Source: Candidatus Saccharimonadota bacterium
GTDB lineage: Bacteria > Pseudomonadota > Gammaproteobacteria > Burkholderiales > Burkholderiaceae
Assembly (NCBI GenBank): GCA_000147015.1
Contig: CP002161.1
Span: 1 to 32,000 of the forward strand
Direction: 5' to 3'
Length of the DNA: 32,000 bases
Part shown: piece by piece, positions 13,695-24,973 of the stretch
Position numbering within the stretch: position 1 is the first letter of the stretch
How the letters are laid out: every line of letters begins with the position of its first letter
Position numbers and translations under genes: made by a program
The notes under the pieces: generated by a model
What the model was told of the DNA's origin: nothing
The model's input: the letters and a program-made list of their open reading frames with translations, nothing else
Databases searched by the model: none

Positions 13695-15045
13695 ATGTTA
13701 ACACCAATAGAAATATTAAATAAATTAAATAAAAAAGTTATAGGACAGGATTCAATTAAAAAAGCTATATCTATAGCACTTAGAAATCGTTGAACAAGAA
13801 TGAAATTACCTTATTATTTTAAAAAAAAAATATCTCCTAAAAATATTTTAATGATAGGTTCTACTGGAGTAGGAAAAACTGAAATTGCTAGAAGTTTAGC
13901 AAATATAATTAATGCTCCTTTTTTAAAAATAGAAGCTACAAAATTTACAGAAGTTGGTTATGTGGGTAGAGACGTTGAATCAATTATTAAAGAATTATTA
14001 GATATTTCTTTTAAAAAAACATTTTCTTTAGAATTAAAAAGATCTTTAAAAGAATCTTATAGAATTATTATAAATAGATTATTAAATATTATATTATTTG
14101 AAAATAAAATTTATGATTCTAAAATATATAATAAATTTGAATTATATTTAAAATCAAAAAAAATAAATGATTTAGAAGTTGAATTATTTTTTAATAAAAA
14201 AGGTAAATATTTTTTTAATACAAATAAATATTATGATAGATATTATTATATTAGAAATATATATGATACGCAAAAATAATTATTATAATAGATATTATTA
14301 TATTAGAAATATATATGATACGTATAATTATTTTAAAAAAAATAAAATTTTAATTAAATTCAAAAAAATATTTGATTTTTTTATTAAAAAAAAAATTGTT
14401 AAAATAATAAATTTAGATAATTTAAAGTATAATGCAATAAAAAATGTTGAAAATAATGGTATTGTTTTTATAGATGAAATTGATAAAATAGCAAATAAAA
14501 ATACTTATAATAATGATGTATCTAGAACTGGTGTTCAAAGAGATTTATTATGTTTAGTAGAAGGTACTAATGTTAATACAAAATATGGTATTATTAATAC
14601 TAATCATATTTTATTTATTGCTGCTGGAGCATTTCATCTTTCTGATCCTTCTGATTTATTACCAGAGTTACAAGGAAGATTTCCAATTAGAGTTGAATTA
14701 AATAATTTAACTATTGAAGATTTTAAAAATATTTTAAAAAAAACTAAGTTTAATTTAATAAAACAATATAGATATTTATTAAAATGTGAAGGTGTTAAAT
14801 TAAATTTTACAAATGAAGCTATAAATAAAGTTTCTGAAATTTCTTATAATTTAAATAAAAAAGTTCAAAATTTAGGTGCTCGTAGATTATTTGAAATTTT
14901 AGAAAGAATTTTAGAAAGTATTTATTTTAATAATTTTGAATTAAAAAATTTAAATATAACTATAGATGAAAAATATATAATTGATTTTTTTAATAATAAT
15001 ATTAAAAAAAAAGATAAAAAAGATTATTATAAATATATTTTATAA
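13695..15045 (+). pseudogene. hslU: ATP-dependent protease ATPase subunit HslU, interrupted by a +1 frameshift
   Basis: The N-terminal part (ATG 13695, TGA-Trp 13791 in LRNRW, Walker [13 protein letters not shown]) ends at TAA 14277-14279. The C-terminal part (Walker B IVFIDEIDKI, VQRDLL, ELQGRFPIRVEL, GARRL) is the +1 frame of track ORF 14179..15045. The peptide YY(D/N)[11 protein letters not shown] is encoded in both frames by a 52-nt tandem duplication. Deleting 14271-14322 gives one 432-aa ORF. Confidence 0.85.
14221..14322 (+). repeat. tandem duplication (50 + 52 nt) inside hslU
   Basis: Copy 1 is 14221-14270 and copy 2 is 14271-14322. The cores 14229-14270 and 14281-14322 are 41/42 identical at a 52-nt offset. 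Confidence 0.9.
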
Positions 15046-16079
15046 TGTTATTCAAAGATAAATATAATTTAAAATTTAAATATTCTAAATTATTAAAATA
15101 TATTTTAATACAAAAAATAAAAAAAAAAAAATATTTAAAATTTTCTGAATTTATAAATATAATTTTATATAAAAAAAAAATAGGTTATTATAATAATTTT
15201 TTATTTTATAATAAAAAAGATTATTTAACAAGTTCTCAAATTTCTAATATTTTTACAATTTCTTTAGCTAATTTTTTTTTTTTTTTTTTAAAAAAAGAGT
15301 TTTGTAAAATATTAGAATTTGGAGGAGGTAATGGAAAATTTGCTTTTAATATTTTAAAAGAATTAAAAAAATTTAATTTATTTCCTAAATATTATATTAT
15401 AGAAAAATCTAGATATTTAAAAAATATTAAAAAAAAAAAATATAAAAATATAAAATGAATAAAAAAAATACCTAAAAATTTTTCTGGAATAATTTTTTTA
15501 AATGAAGTTTTAGATTCTATACCTTTTGATTTAATTATAAAAAATAATAATAATTACTATAATAGTAATATAATTATTAATAATGAATTAAATTTTGTTT
15601 TTAAAAATAAAAAAATAAATAAAAAATATTTAAGTTTTTTTATTAAAAATAGATATTATAATTTATATAAATTTATTAATAATATTTTTTTAAATATTAA
15701 AAATAATAAAAATATTATTATTATTATAGATTATGGTAATTTAAATAATTTTTATATAAAAAATAACTTTATGTGTTTTTATAAACATTTTTCTCATGGT
15801 AATCCATTTTCTTTCCCTGGTTTACAAGATATTACTAATTTTGTAAATTTTAAATTTATATTAAAATTAATAGTTAAATATAAATTTAAAATTTTAAATT
15901 TTTCTAATCAAGAAAATTTTATTTTAAATATTGGAATATTAGATTTTTTAAAAAAAAAAAAATATAATAAAATTAAATATTTTAATAAAATTAATTTTTT
16001 AAAAAAAATTATTTTACCTTATGAAATGGGTGAAATTTTTAAAGTTCTAATTTTAGGAAATAAAATTAATATTTATTAA
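15045..16079 (+). CDS. class I SAM-dependent methyltransferase, MidA/NDUFAF7 (DUF185, COG1565) family
   Basis: Track ORFs 15045..15458 and 15771..16079 share a frame, joined through TGA 15456. Family-like motifs: IGYYNN, LEFGGGNGKFA, IIEKS, W..IP, FLNEVLDSIP, IIDYG, GLQDITNFVNF, GEIFKVL. The ATG overlaps the hslU stop (TAATG). Confidence 0.6.
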
Positions 16080-16094
16080 TAATTTTATAATATA

Positions 16095-16541
16095 ATGAAT
16101 AAAGTAAAGGGTTTATTAATTATTTCTTGTTATAATAATAAATTATGTAGTTTATTATTAGAAAGTATATTTAAACATATGATTATTTATAAAATAAATG
16201 AAAAAAATTTAATATATTTAAAAATTCCAGGATCTTTAGAATTTTCATGAATTATTAAAAAATTATTAAATTTTAATTTTATAAATTTTATATTTGTATT
16301 AGGTATAATAATAAAAGGTAAAACAATTCATTATAAATTAGTATCTAATATTTCTTATTATTATATTAATAAATTATCTTATAATATTAATATTCCTTTA
16401 ATAAATTTGTTAATTACTATAAATAATGTAAATCAATTTTTAAATCGTATTAAATATAATATTTTAAATTCTATATATAATATTTTAAAGATTTCAAATT
16501 TAAATAAAATATTATTATGAGAATTACAACAAATAAACTAA
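16095..16541 (+). CDS. ribH: 6,7-dimethyl-8-ribityllumazine synthase
   Basis: Hand translation from ATG 16095 with TGA read as Trp. IPGSLEFS, VLGIIIKGKTIHYKLV and IPLINLLIT parallel VPGA.ELP, ALG.VIRG.T.H..YV and IPV..GVLT of RibH. TAA at 16539-16541. Overlaps the next gene by 25 nt. Confidence 0.75.
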
Positions 16542-17017
16542 TAAAAAATATATTTGATTTTATAAATATATTATTATTAAAAAAAAATTGAAATTGTTTA
16601 TTTTTTTTAGATTTATTTTTTGGATATGGTAATTTTATTAAAAAAATTTATAAAAAAAAATTATCATATATTTTAATAATAGAAAAAAGTAATTTTAAAA
16701 TAAATATATTTAAAAATAAGAAATATGATATTAAAATTATTAAAAATAATAGTTTTTTTTTTTTAAAAAAAAAAATAAAAAAAAATTATTTTAAAAAATT
16801 TAATATTATTTTTATTGATCCACCTTTTTACAATAAATTTATATTTAAATTAATTTATTATTTAAATATTATTTGTTTTAAAAATACTATAATAATTTTA
16901 GAAATTGAAAAAAAAATATTTTATAATAATATTTATATTTTTTTTAGAAATTGAAAAATAATTAAAATAAATAAAATAGGTATTGTTTATTTATTTTTAT
17001 TATTTAAATTTAATTAA
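16517..17017 (+). CDS. rsmD: RsmD-like 16S rRNA (guanine966-N2)-methyltransferase
   Basis: Hand translation from ATG 16517 with two TGA-Trp. FLDLFFGYGNF (SAM-binding LD.F.G.G) and IIFIDPPF (DPPF/Y catalytic motif). TAA at 17015-17017. Confidence 0.55.
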
Positions 17018-17318
17018 AAATTTATAATATAAATTTTATTTTATTTTTAAAATTAAATAATAATTTTTATTATTTAAATTATTAATTTGTAATATATTTT
17101 ATAATTCAATTGTTAAATTAATAAACTTTTAATATATTTATTTTTGATTTAAATCTAAGTCAATGAGTTTTAATATTTAAATTTAAAAAAAAATTATTAA
17201 AATATAAAAATAAATAATTAATATATTAAATTTTTTTAAATTAATAATTTATATTGATTTATTAAATATAAATAATTTTAATTATTTATATCTTATTATT
17301 AAATAAATATATAAAAAT

Positions 17319-17391
17319 TCCTTGATAACTCAGTTGGTAGAGTGATGGACTGTTAATCCATTTGTCCCTGGTTCAAATACAGGTCAAGGAG
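17319..17391 (+). tRNA. tRNA-Asn (anticodon GUU)
   Basis: TCCTTGATAACTCAGTTGGTAGAGTGATGGACTGTTAATCCATTTGTCCCTGGTTCAAATACAGGTCAAGGAG. The acceptor stem TCCTTGA/TCAAGGA is perfect and the anticodon loop is CTGTTAA. No CCA is encoded. Confidence 0.9.
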
Positions 17392-17536
17392 TTTTAAATT
17401 TAATATAGGATAAATTATTAAAATAAATAATAAAATAATTATTAAAAATAAATAATTATTTTTATTATTAAAAATTTATAGATATATTAATTATAATATT
17501 TTATTATTTAATTTTTATTATAAAATTATTTTTAAA

Positions 17537-18265
17537 ATGAAAAAAATATATAAATTACATTTAAAATCTAAATATAAATGAAATAAAAAATTAATTACTA
17601 TAAAATTATTTAAACCTATAAATTTTTTATTTAAACCAGGTAATTTTACTCAATTAGGAGTTTTAAAAAATAAAAAAATAATTTGAAAATCATATTCTAT
17701 TTCTTCTAATTTAAATAATAAAAATTTAGAATTTTGTATTTATATAGTTGGTAAATTTACTAATATTTTAAATATTTTAAAAATAGGAAATATAATATAT
17801 ATGAAAAAAAAAACATATGGTTTTGTTTCATTAGATAATTTAAAAAAATTTGGTAATTTATGAATGATATGTACTGGTTCAGCTTTAGGAATTTTTATTT
17901 CTATTATTAATCAAAATAATGTTTGAAAATATTTTATTAATATTATAATTTTACATTTTGTTAAATATAAAAAAGAATTTTCTTATTTTAAAATAATATT
18001 TAATTTATATAAAAAAAATAGTTTTTTATTAAAAAAAAATTTTTATTTTTTTCAAAATATTATAAGAAAAAAAAAAATAAATAATTTAAAAAATAATTAT
18101 TTTAAAAAAAAATTTGATTTAAAAATAAAAAAAAATATATCTAAATTTATAATTTGTGGTAAACCTAATATATTAAAAAAAATAAAAAATATTTTAATAA
18201 ATAAAAACTTAAAATTATGTAAATTTAATTATAAAGGTGATATAATTATTGAAAATTTTTGGTAA
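17537..18265 (+). CDS. fpr: ferredoxin--NADP(+) reductase
   Basis: Hand translation from ATG 17537 with about 5 in-frame TGA-Trp. FKPGNFTQLG, W-KSYSISS (R.YS motif position), LWMICTGSALG, ICGKPNIL and the C-terminal ENFW parallel E. coli Fpr (ends EHYW). The last Trp uses TGG (18260-18262). TAA at 18263-18265. Confidence 0.7.
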
Positions 18266-18266
18266 T

Positions 18267-19682
18267 ATGTCTAAATATAATTTTTTATGATATGATTATG
18301 AAACATTTAATTTAAATAAAAATTTTACTTTTCCTTCTCAATTTGCATCTATTAGAACAAATTTAAATTTAAAAATTATTAAAAAATATAAAATTATTTA
18401 TTGTAAACCAGATGGTAGTTTTATGCCATGTCCTAAATCTATATTATTAAATAAAATTTTACCACAATATTGTGAAAAATATGGTATTAAAGAATATAAA
18501 TTTGCAAATAAAATAAATAAAATTATGTTAAAACCTTATACAATTAATATAGGATATAATAATATTAATTTTGATGATATAATAACTAGATTTTTATTTT
18601 GAAGAAATTTATTAAACCCTTATGAAAGAGAATGAAAAAATAAATGTAGTACTTATGATTTTTTTAATATTATTAAAATAATATATTTTATAAATTATAA
18701 TTCATTAAAATGATTTAAAAAAAAAAATAAAAAAATCAGTTTTAAATTAAGTGATATAAGTAAAATAAATGGATATTTAAATAAATTTTTTCATAATGCA
18801 TTATTTGATGTTAATGCCACTTTATTTTGTGCTAAAATAATAAAAAAGAAAAATTTTAAATTATTTTATAAATTTATTAAATTAAGAAATAAGAAAAATA
18901 TTATTAAAAATATTTTATTTAAAAAAAAAGTATTTTTATATTTATCTAATAAATATCCTTTTTTTGAAAAAGAAATTTTTATACTTTTACCTTTATTTAT
19001 TGATAATAAAAATAAAAATAAATTAATATGTTTAAATATAAATTCGAATTTTAATAATTTTTTTGATTTTAAAAAAAAATATAATTTTAAAAAAATAAAT
19101 AATTATATTAAAATAATAAATATTAATAAATATCCTATAATATTTTTTAATATTAAGAAGATATTAAAAAAAATTAATTTTAAAATTAATTTTAATTTAA
19201 TAAAAAAAAATATAACAAAAATAAATAATAATATAAAATTAATATTAAATATTTATAAAAAATTTAATTATAATTATAAATATAAAAAAATATTAAATAT
19301 AAATTTTGATTTATATAATAATTTTTTTATTAGTTTAAATGATAAATATAATATTAAAATTATAAAAAAATTAAATATAAATAAAATTCATAATAAAAAA
19401 TTTTATTTTTATAATAATAATATTAAAATATTATGTTTTTTTTATAAATTAAAAAAATATAAAAAATATATTTCTAATTTTGAAAAAAAAATTTGAATAA
19501 AATATTGTAAAATTAATTTATTAAAAAATTATAATAATGAATTAAATTTTTTTGAAAAATTATTTTATATTAAAAAAAAATATTTAAAATGTTCTAATAA
19601 ATATAAAAAAAAAATATTATATTTTTTAATAAATTATGCAAGAAAAATAAATCCTTTTAATAATGATATTAATGATTGATAA
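18267..19682 (+). CDS. sbcB: exodeoxyribonuclease I
   Basis: Hand translation from ATG 18267 with about 7 in-frame TGA-Trp; absent from the ORF track because of those TGAs. FLWYDYETFN, PSQFASIRT, GYNNINFDDIITRFLFWRN..NPYEREW and HNALFDVNAT match the ExoI exonuclease motifs (HDYETFG, P.QFA.IRT, YNN..FDDE.TR..FYRN..DPY, H.A..DV.AT). Ends ..NDINDW, TAA 19680-19682. Confidence 0.75.
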
Positions 19683-20223
19683 TTATGATTCTTTTACTTA
19701 TAATATAGTTTATTACTTTAATGAATTAAATCATAAAGTTTTAGTTTATAGAAATGATGAAATATCTATAAATGAAATAAAAAAAATAAATCCAAATTAT
19801 ATTTGTTTATCTCCAGGACCCGGGGGACCTAAAAATTCTGGTATATGTATAAATATTGTTAAATATTTTTATAAAAAAATTCCTATTTTAGGAGTTTGTT
19901 TAGGTCATCAAGTTATAAATGAAGCATTTAATGGTAAAACTATAAAATCTAAAATTATAATGCATGGTAAAATTTCTAAAATATTTCATAAAAAAGAATA
20001 TATTTTTAAAAATATTAAAAATCCTTTTAATGCAATAAGATATAATTCTTTATCAATTGATAAAAATAAATTATCTAAATCTTTTAAAATTACTGCTTGA
20101 AGTAATAATAAAGAAATAATGGCCATAAGTCATAAAAAATATAATGTTCATGGTGTTCAATTTCATCCTGAATCTATATTATCTGAATATGGTCATAATA
20201 TATTAAAAAATTTTTTATATTAG
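19663..20223 (+). CDS. trpG: anthranilate synthase component II (glutamine amidotransferase TrpG)
   Basis: Track ORF 19663..20100 extended through TGA 20098 to TAG 20221-20223. [27 protein letters not shown] and HGVQFHPES (catalytic Cys/His/Glu) are present. Overlaps the sbcB 3' end by 20 nt. Confidence 0.9.
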
Positions 20224-20232
20224 AAAAATTTA

Positions 20233-21243
20233 ATGTATTATAATATAATTTTAAAATATTTAAATTTAAAAAAATTTTCTTATAAAAATTTTTTATTTTT
20301 TATTAAAAATATATATAAAAAAAAAGTTTCTATTATATATATAATATGTTTTATTATTTCTTTAAAAATAAAAAAAGAAAATATATATGATATTTATTAT
20401 ATTATAAAAATATTAAAAAAATATTCTTTAAAATTTAAATTAAATAAAAAATTTAATTTAACAGATATTGTAGGTACAGGAGGAAATAATTCTAATATTA
20501 TAAATGTTTCTACTGCTTCTATGTTTATAATTTCTTCTATAAATGTAAATATATTAAAACACGGTTCTAGTTTTTTTAGTTCTATATCTGGTAGTTCTGA
20601 TGTTTTAAAAAAATTAAATATAAATATTAATTTAAATAAAAATAAAATTATTTATTTATTAAATAAAATAGGAATTTGTTTTATATATTCTAAAAAGTAT
20701 AATATATTAATGAATATTTTAAGTTATATAAGAAAAAAAATTAAAATAAGAACTATTTTTAATATTATAGGTCCGTTAATTAATCCAATATATACAAAAA
20801 ATATATATTTAGGAGTTTATAATAAAAATATATTAAAAATAAAAATTAAAATATTAAAAAAAAATAATTTTTATCATGCAATATGTGTTTCTGGCAATAA
20901 TATAGATGAAGCTACTATAAATGATTATAGTTATTTATATGAATTAAAAAAAAATAAAATATTAAATTTTAAAATACATCCTAATGATTTTAAAATAAAA
21001 AAATATGAGTTAGAAAGTATTAAAATAAAAAATTCTTTTGATTCAAAAAATAAAATATTAAAAGTATTTAATGGATATATAAGTCCTTATTATTATATAA
21101 TATTATATAATTCAAGTATATTATTATATGTATCAAATAAAGTAAATTTTATAAATAAATCTATAAAAATTACAAAAAATATTATAAATTCATATAATAT
21201 AAATAATAAAATTAATAAATTTATTAAAATAAGTAATTTATAA
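20233..21243 (+). CDS. trpD: anthranilate phosphoribosyltransferase
   Basis: Track ORF of 336 aa. DIVGTGGNNSNIINVSTASMFI..KHGS parallels D.VGTGGDG..T.N.ST..A.V....G..V.KHGN. Confidence 0.85.
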   Translation: MYYNIILKYLNLKKFSYKNFLFFIKNIYKKKVSIIYIICFIISLKIKKENIYDIYYIIKILKKYSLKFKLNKKFNLTDIVGTGGNNSNIINVSTASMFIISSINVNILKHGSSFFSSISGSSDVLKKLNININLNKNKIIYLLNKIGICFIYSKKYNILMNILSYIRKKIKIRTIFNIIGPLINPIYTKNIYLGVYNKNILKIKIKILKKNNFYHAICVSGNNIDEATINDYSYLYELKKNKILNFKIHPNDFKIKKYELESIKIKNSFDSKNKILKVFNGYISPYYYIILYNSSILLYVSNKVNFINKSIKITKNIINSYNINNKINKFIKISNL

Positions 21244-21245
21244 AT

Positions 21246-22028
21246 ATGAATATTTTTTTAAATAAAATAATAAAATTAAAATATAAAAATAAATATTATT
21301 ATAAATATAATATAAAATTATTTAAATTTTTAAATATTAAAGAAAATAAAAAAAAAAATATTTTTTTAAATTTATTATTAAAAAAATATTATGAAGAAAA
21401 TACAATTTTAATATCAGAAATTAAAAGATCTTCTCCTCTAAAAGGTATATTTAATTATAATTTTAATCCAATAAAAATTTTTATAAATTATAAAAAAAAT
21501 AATATAATTTTTTTTTCTATTTTAAGTGAAAAAAATTTTTTTTTAGGTTCTTATATTTATTTATTTAAATTAAATAGAATATTTAATACATTTATTTTAT
21601 GTAAAGATTTTATAGTTGATTTTATACAAATATATAAAATAAATTTATTAAAATCTAATTGTATATTATTTATAATATCTATAATAAATAAAAATTTATT
21701 ATTAGAATTAGAATATTATGCAAACATTTTAGGTTTAAGTATAATTTTAGAAGTTAATAATTTTGAAGAAATAAAAAAAATAAAGTATTTAAAAACATCA
21801 TTATTAGGTATAAATAATCGTAATTTAAAAAATTTTAAAATTGATTTTAATAATTTAAATATTATTAATAATATTTCAGATTTTAAATTAATAATTTCAG
21901 AATCTGGTATTAAAAATAAAATAGATTTAAATTATATTAAAAAAAAAAATATTAAGATATTTTTAATTGGAGAAACTTTAATGAAAACAAAAGAATTAGA
22001 TAATAAAATAAATAATTTTTTAAATTAG
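21246..22028 (+). CDS. trpC: indole-3-glycerol phosphate synthase
   Basis: Track ORF of 260 aa. ISEIKRSSPLKGI, CKDFIVD..QIY, LLGINNRNLKNF and SESGI match the TrpC consensus. Confidence 0.85.
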   Translation: MNIFLNKIIKLKYKNKYYYKYNIKLFKFLNIKENKKKNIFLNLLLKKYYEENTILISEIKRSSPLKGIFNYNFNPIKIFINYKKNNIIFFSILSEKNFFLGSYIYLFKLNRIFNTFILCKDFIVDFIQIYKINLLKSNCILFIISIINKNLLLELEYYANILGLSIILEVNNFEEIKKIKYLKTSLLGINNRNLKNFKIDFNNLNIINNISDFKLIISESGIKNKIDLNYIKKKNIKIFLIGETLMKTKELDNKINNFLN

Positions 22029-22036
22029 TAATTATT

Positions 22037-22336
22037 ATGAAAAATTTTGAAAATATTATACCTATTAATGATAAAATAATTATTGAATGTATAAATAAAA
22101 ATAAAAAAACTTCTTCTGGAATAGTATTACCTGAAAATTCTAGTAATAAAACAAATAAAGGTAAAGTTATAGCTGTTGGTAATGGTATTTTAAATAAATC
22201 TGGAAAATTAATTCCTTTAACTGTAAAAAAGAATGATTTTGTATTATTTGGTAAATATTCTGGACAAAAAATAAAATTAAATAAAAAGAAATATTTAGTT
22301 ATGAGAGAAGAAGATATTTATGCAATTATAAAATAA
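22037..22336 (+). CDS. groES: co-chaperonin GroES
   Basis: Track ORF of 99 aa. Shows the mobile-loop-like TSSGIVLPE, G.VIAVG and REEDIYAII. Confidence 0.95.
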   Translation: MKNFENIIPINDKIIIECINKNKKTSSGIVLPENSSNKTNKGKVIAVGNGILNKSGKLIPLTVKKNDFVLFGKYSGQKIKLNKKKYLVMREEDIYAIIK

Positions 22337-22345
22337 TTAAAATAA

Positions 22346-23984
<1,639 letters not shown>

Positions 23985-23986
<2 letters not shown>

Positions 23987-24051
23987 TATTTTATATTATC
24001 AAATACAACAAGTAAATATTATATTTTATATTGTTGATAATATAAAATATT
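23985..24051 (+). terminator. 18-bp perfect inverted repeat immediately after the groEL stop (possible hairpin or terminator)
   Basis: aatattttatattatcaa (23985-24002) and ttgataatataaaatatt (24034-24051) are exact reverse complements with a 31-nt loop. The stem is all A/T and has no classic T-tail. The right arm abuts the holB ATG at 24052. Confidence 0.3.
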
Positions 24052-24909
24052 ATGATAAATAAAAAAATATTTAAATTAATAAAAAAAAATAAAATAAATA
24101 ATATATTATTTTATAATAATAAATATTTAATTAATATAAATTCTATTAAAAAAATTATAAAGTATATTTTATGTACTAAAAAAAAAAAAATATGTAATAA
24201 ATGCTTATCATGTAATTTATATAATAATAATAATCATCCTGATTTTTTAATTATTAATTCTTTATATTATAAAAATAATATCGAATTTAATAAAAATATT
24301 AAAATAAAAAAATTAAAATTATTAAATAAATTTTTAAATTTTAGTAATATTTGTTCTAAAAAGAAGATAATTTTAATATATTATGCTGAATATTTAAACA
24401 AAAATTCTTTTAATTATTTAATAAATTTTTTAGAAAATAAAAAAAGGAACTTATTAATTATATTAGTAACAAATAATATACAAAATGTTAATTTTTCAAT
24501 TTTATTTAAATTTTTTAAGATTTTATATAAAAAGAATAATTTTAAAAAAAAAATATTAAAAAATAATTATATAAATAAAATTATTTTACAATTAATAAAA
24601 ATTAAAATAAATAGTTCTTTTAAAAAATTTTTAAATATTATTAAAAATATACCTTTAAATATTATTATAAATGTTATTTTAAAATTTTTAGAAGATATTA
24701 TTTTTTTTAAATTTACAAAAAATGTAAAAAATTTTTTATATTATAAAATTCATATTTCTTTTTTATCTAAAAAAATAAAAAATATATATATTATTTATAA
24801 TATAATAAATATTATTAACAATAAATTAGATTTAATAAATAAAAAAAAAAAATTTAATATTTTATATTTTAAAGAAATTTTATTAAATTATTTATATATA
24901 TATAAATAA
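24052..24909 (+). CDS. holB: DNA polymerase III subunit delta'
   Basis: Track ORF of 285 aa. Zinc-module-like CNKCLSCNLYNNNNHPDF (C..C..C......HPD), a clamp-loader box KKIILIYYAEYLNKNSFNYLINFLE, and a degenerate Walker A as in delta' rather than tau. Confidence 0.65.
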   Translation: MINKKIFKLIKKNKINNILFYNNKYLININSIKKIIKYILCTKKKKICNKCLSCNLYNNNNHPDFLIINSLYYKNNIEFNKNIKIKKLKLLNKFLNFSNICSKKKIILIYYAEYLNKNSFNYLINFLENKKRNLLIILVTNNIQNVNFSILFKFFKILYKKNNFKKKILKNNYINKIILQLIKIKINSSFKKFLNIIKNIPLNIIINVILKFLEDIIFFKFTKNVKNFLYYKIHISFLSKKIKNIYIIYNIINIINNKLDLINKKKKFNILYFKEILLNYLYIYK

Positions 24910-24973
24910 TTTAATATTTTTAATTATAATTGATAATAAATTTTTTATTAATATTTTTATTAAAATAATTTTA

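Noticed and set aside
17018-17536. Two unusually long A/T spacers flanking tRNA-Asn (301 nt and 145 nt). I checked them for repeats, ORFs or RNA genes.
   Set aside because: I found no internal repeats, no ORFs and no G/C-containing structured segment other than the tRNA itself. They are probably eroded remnants of lost genes, and nothing specific can be supported.
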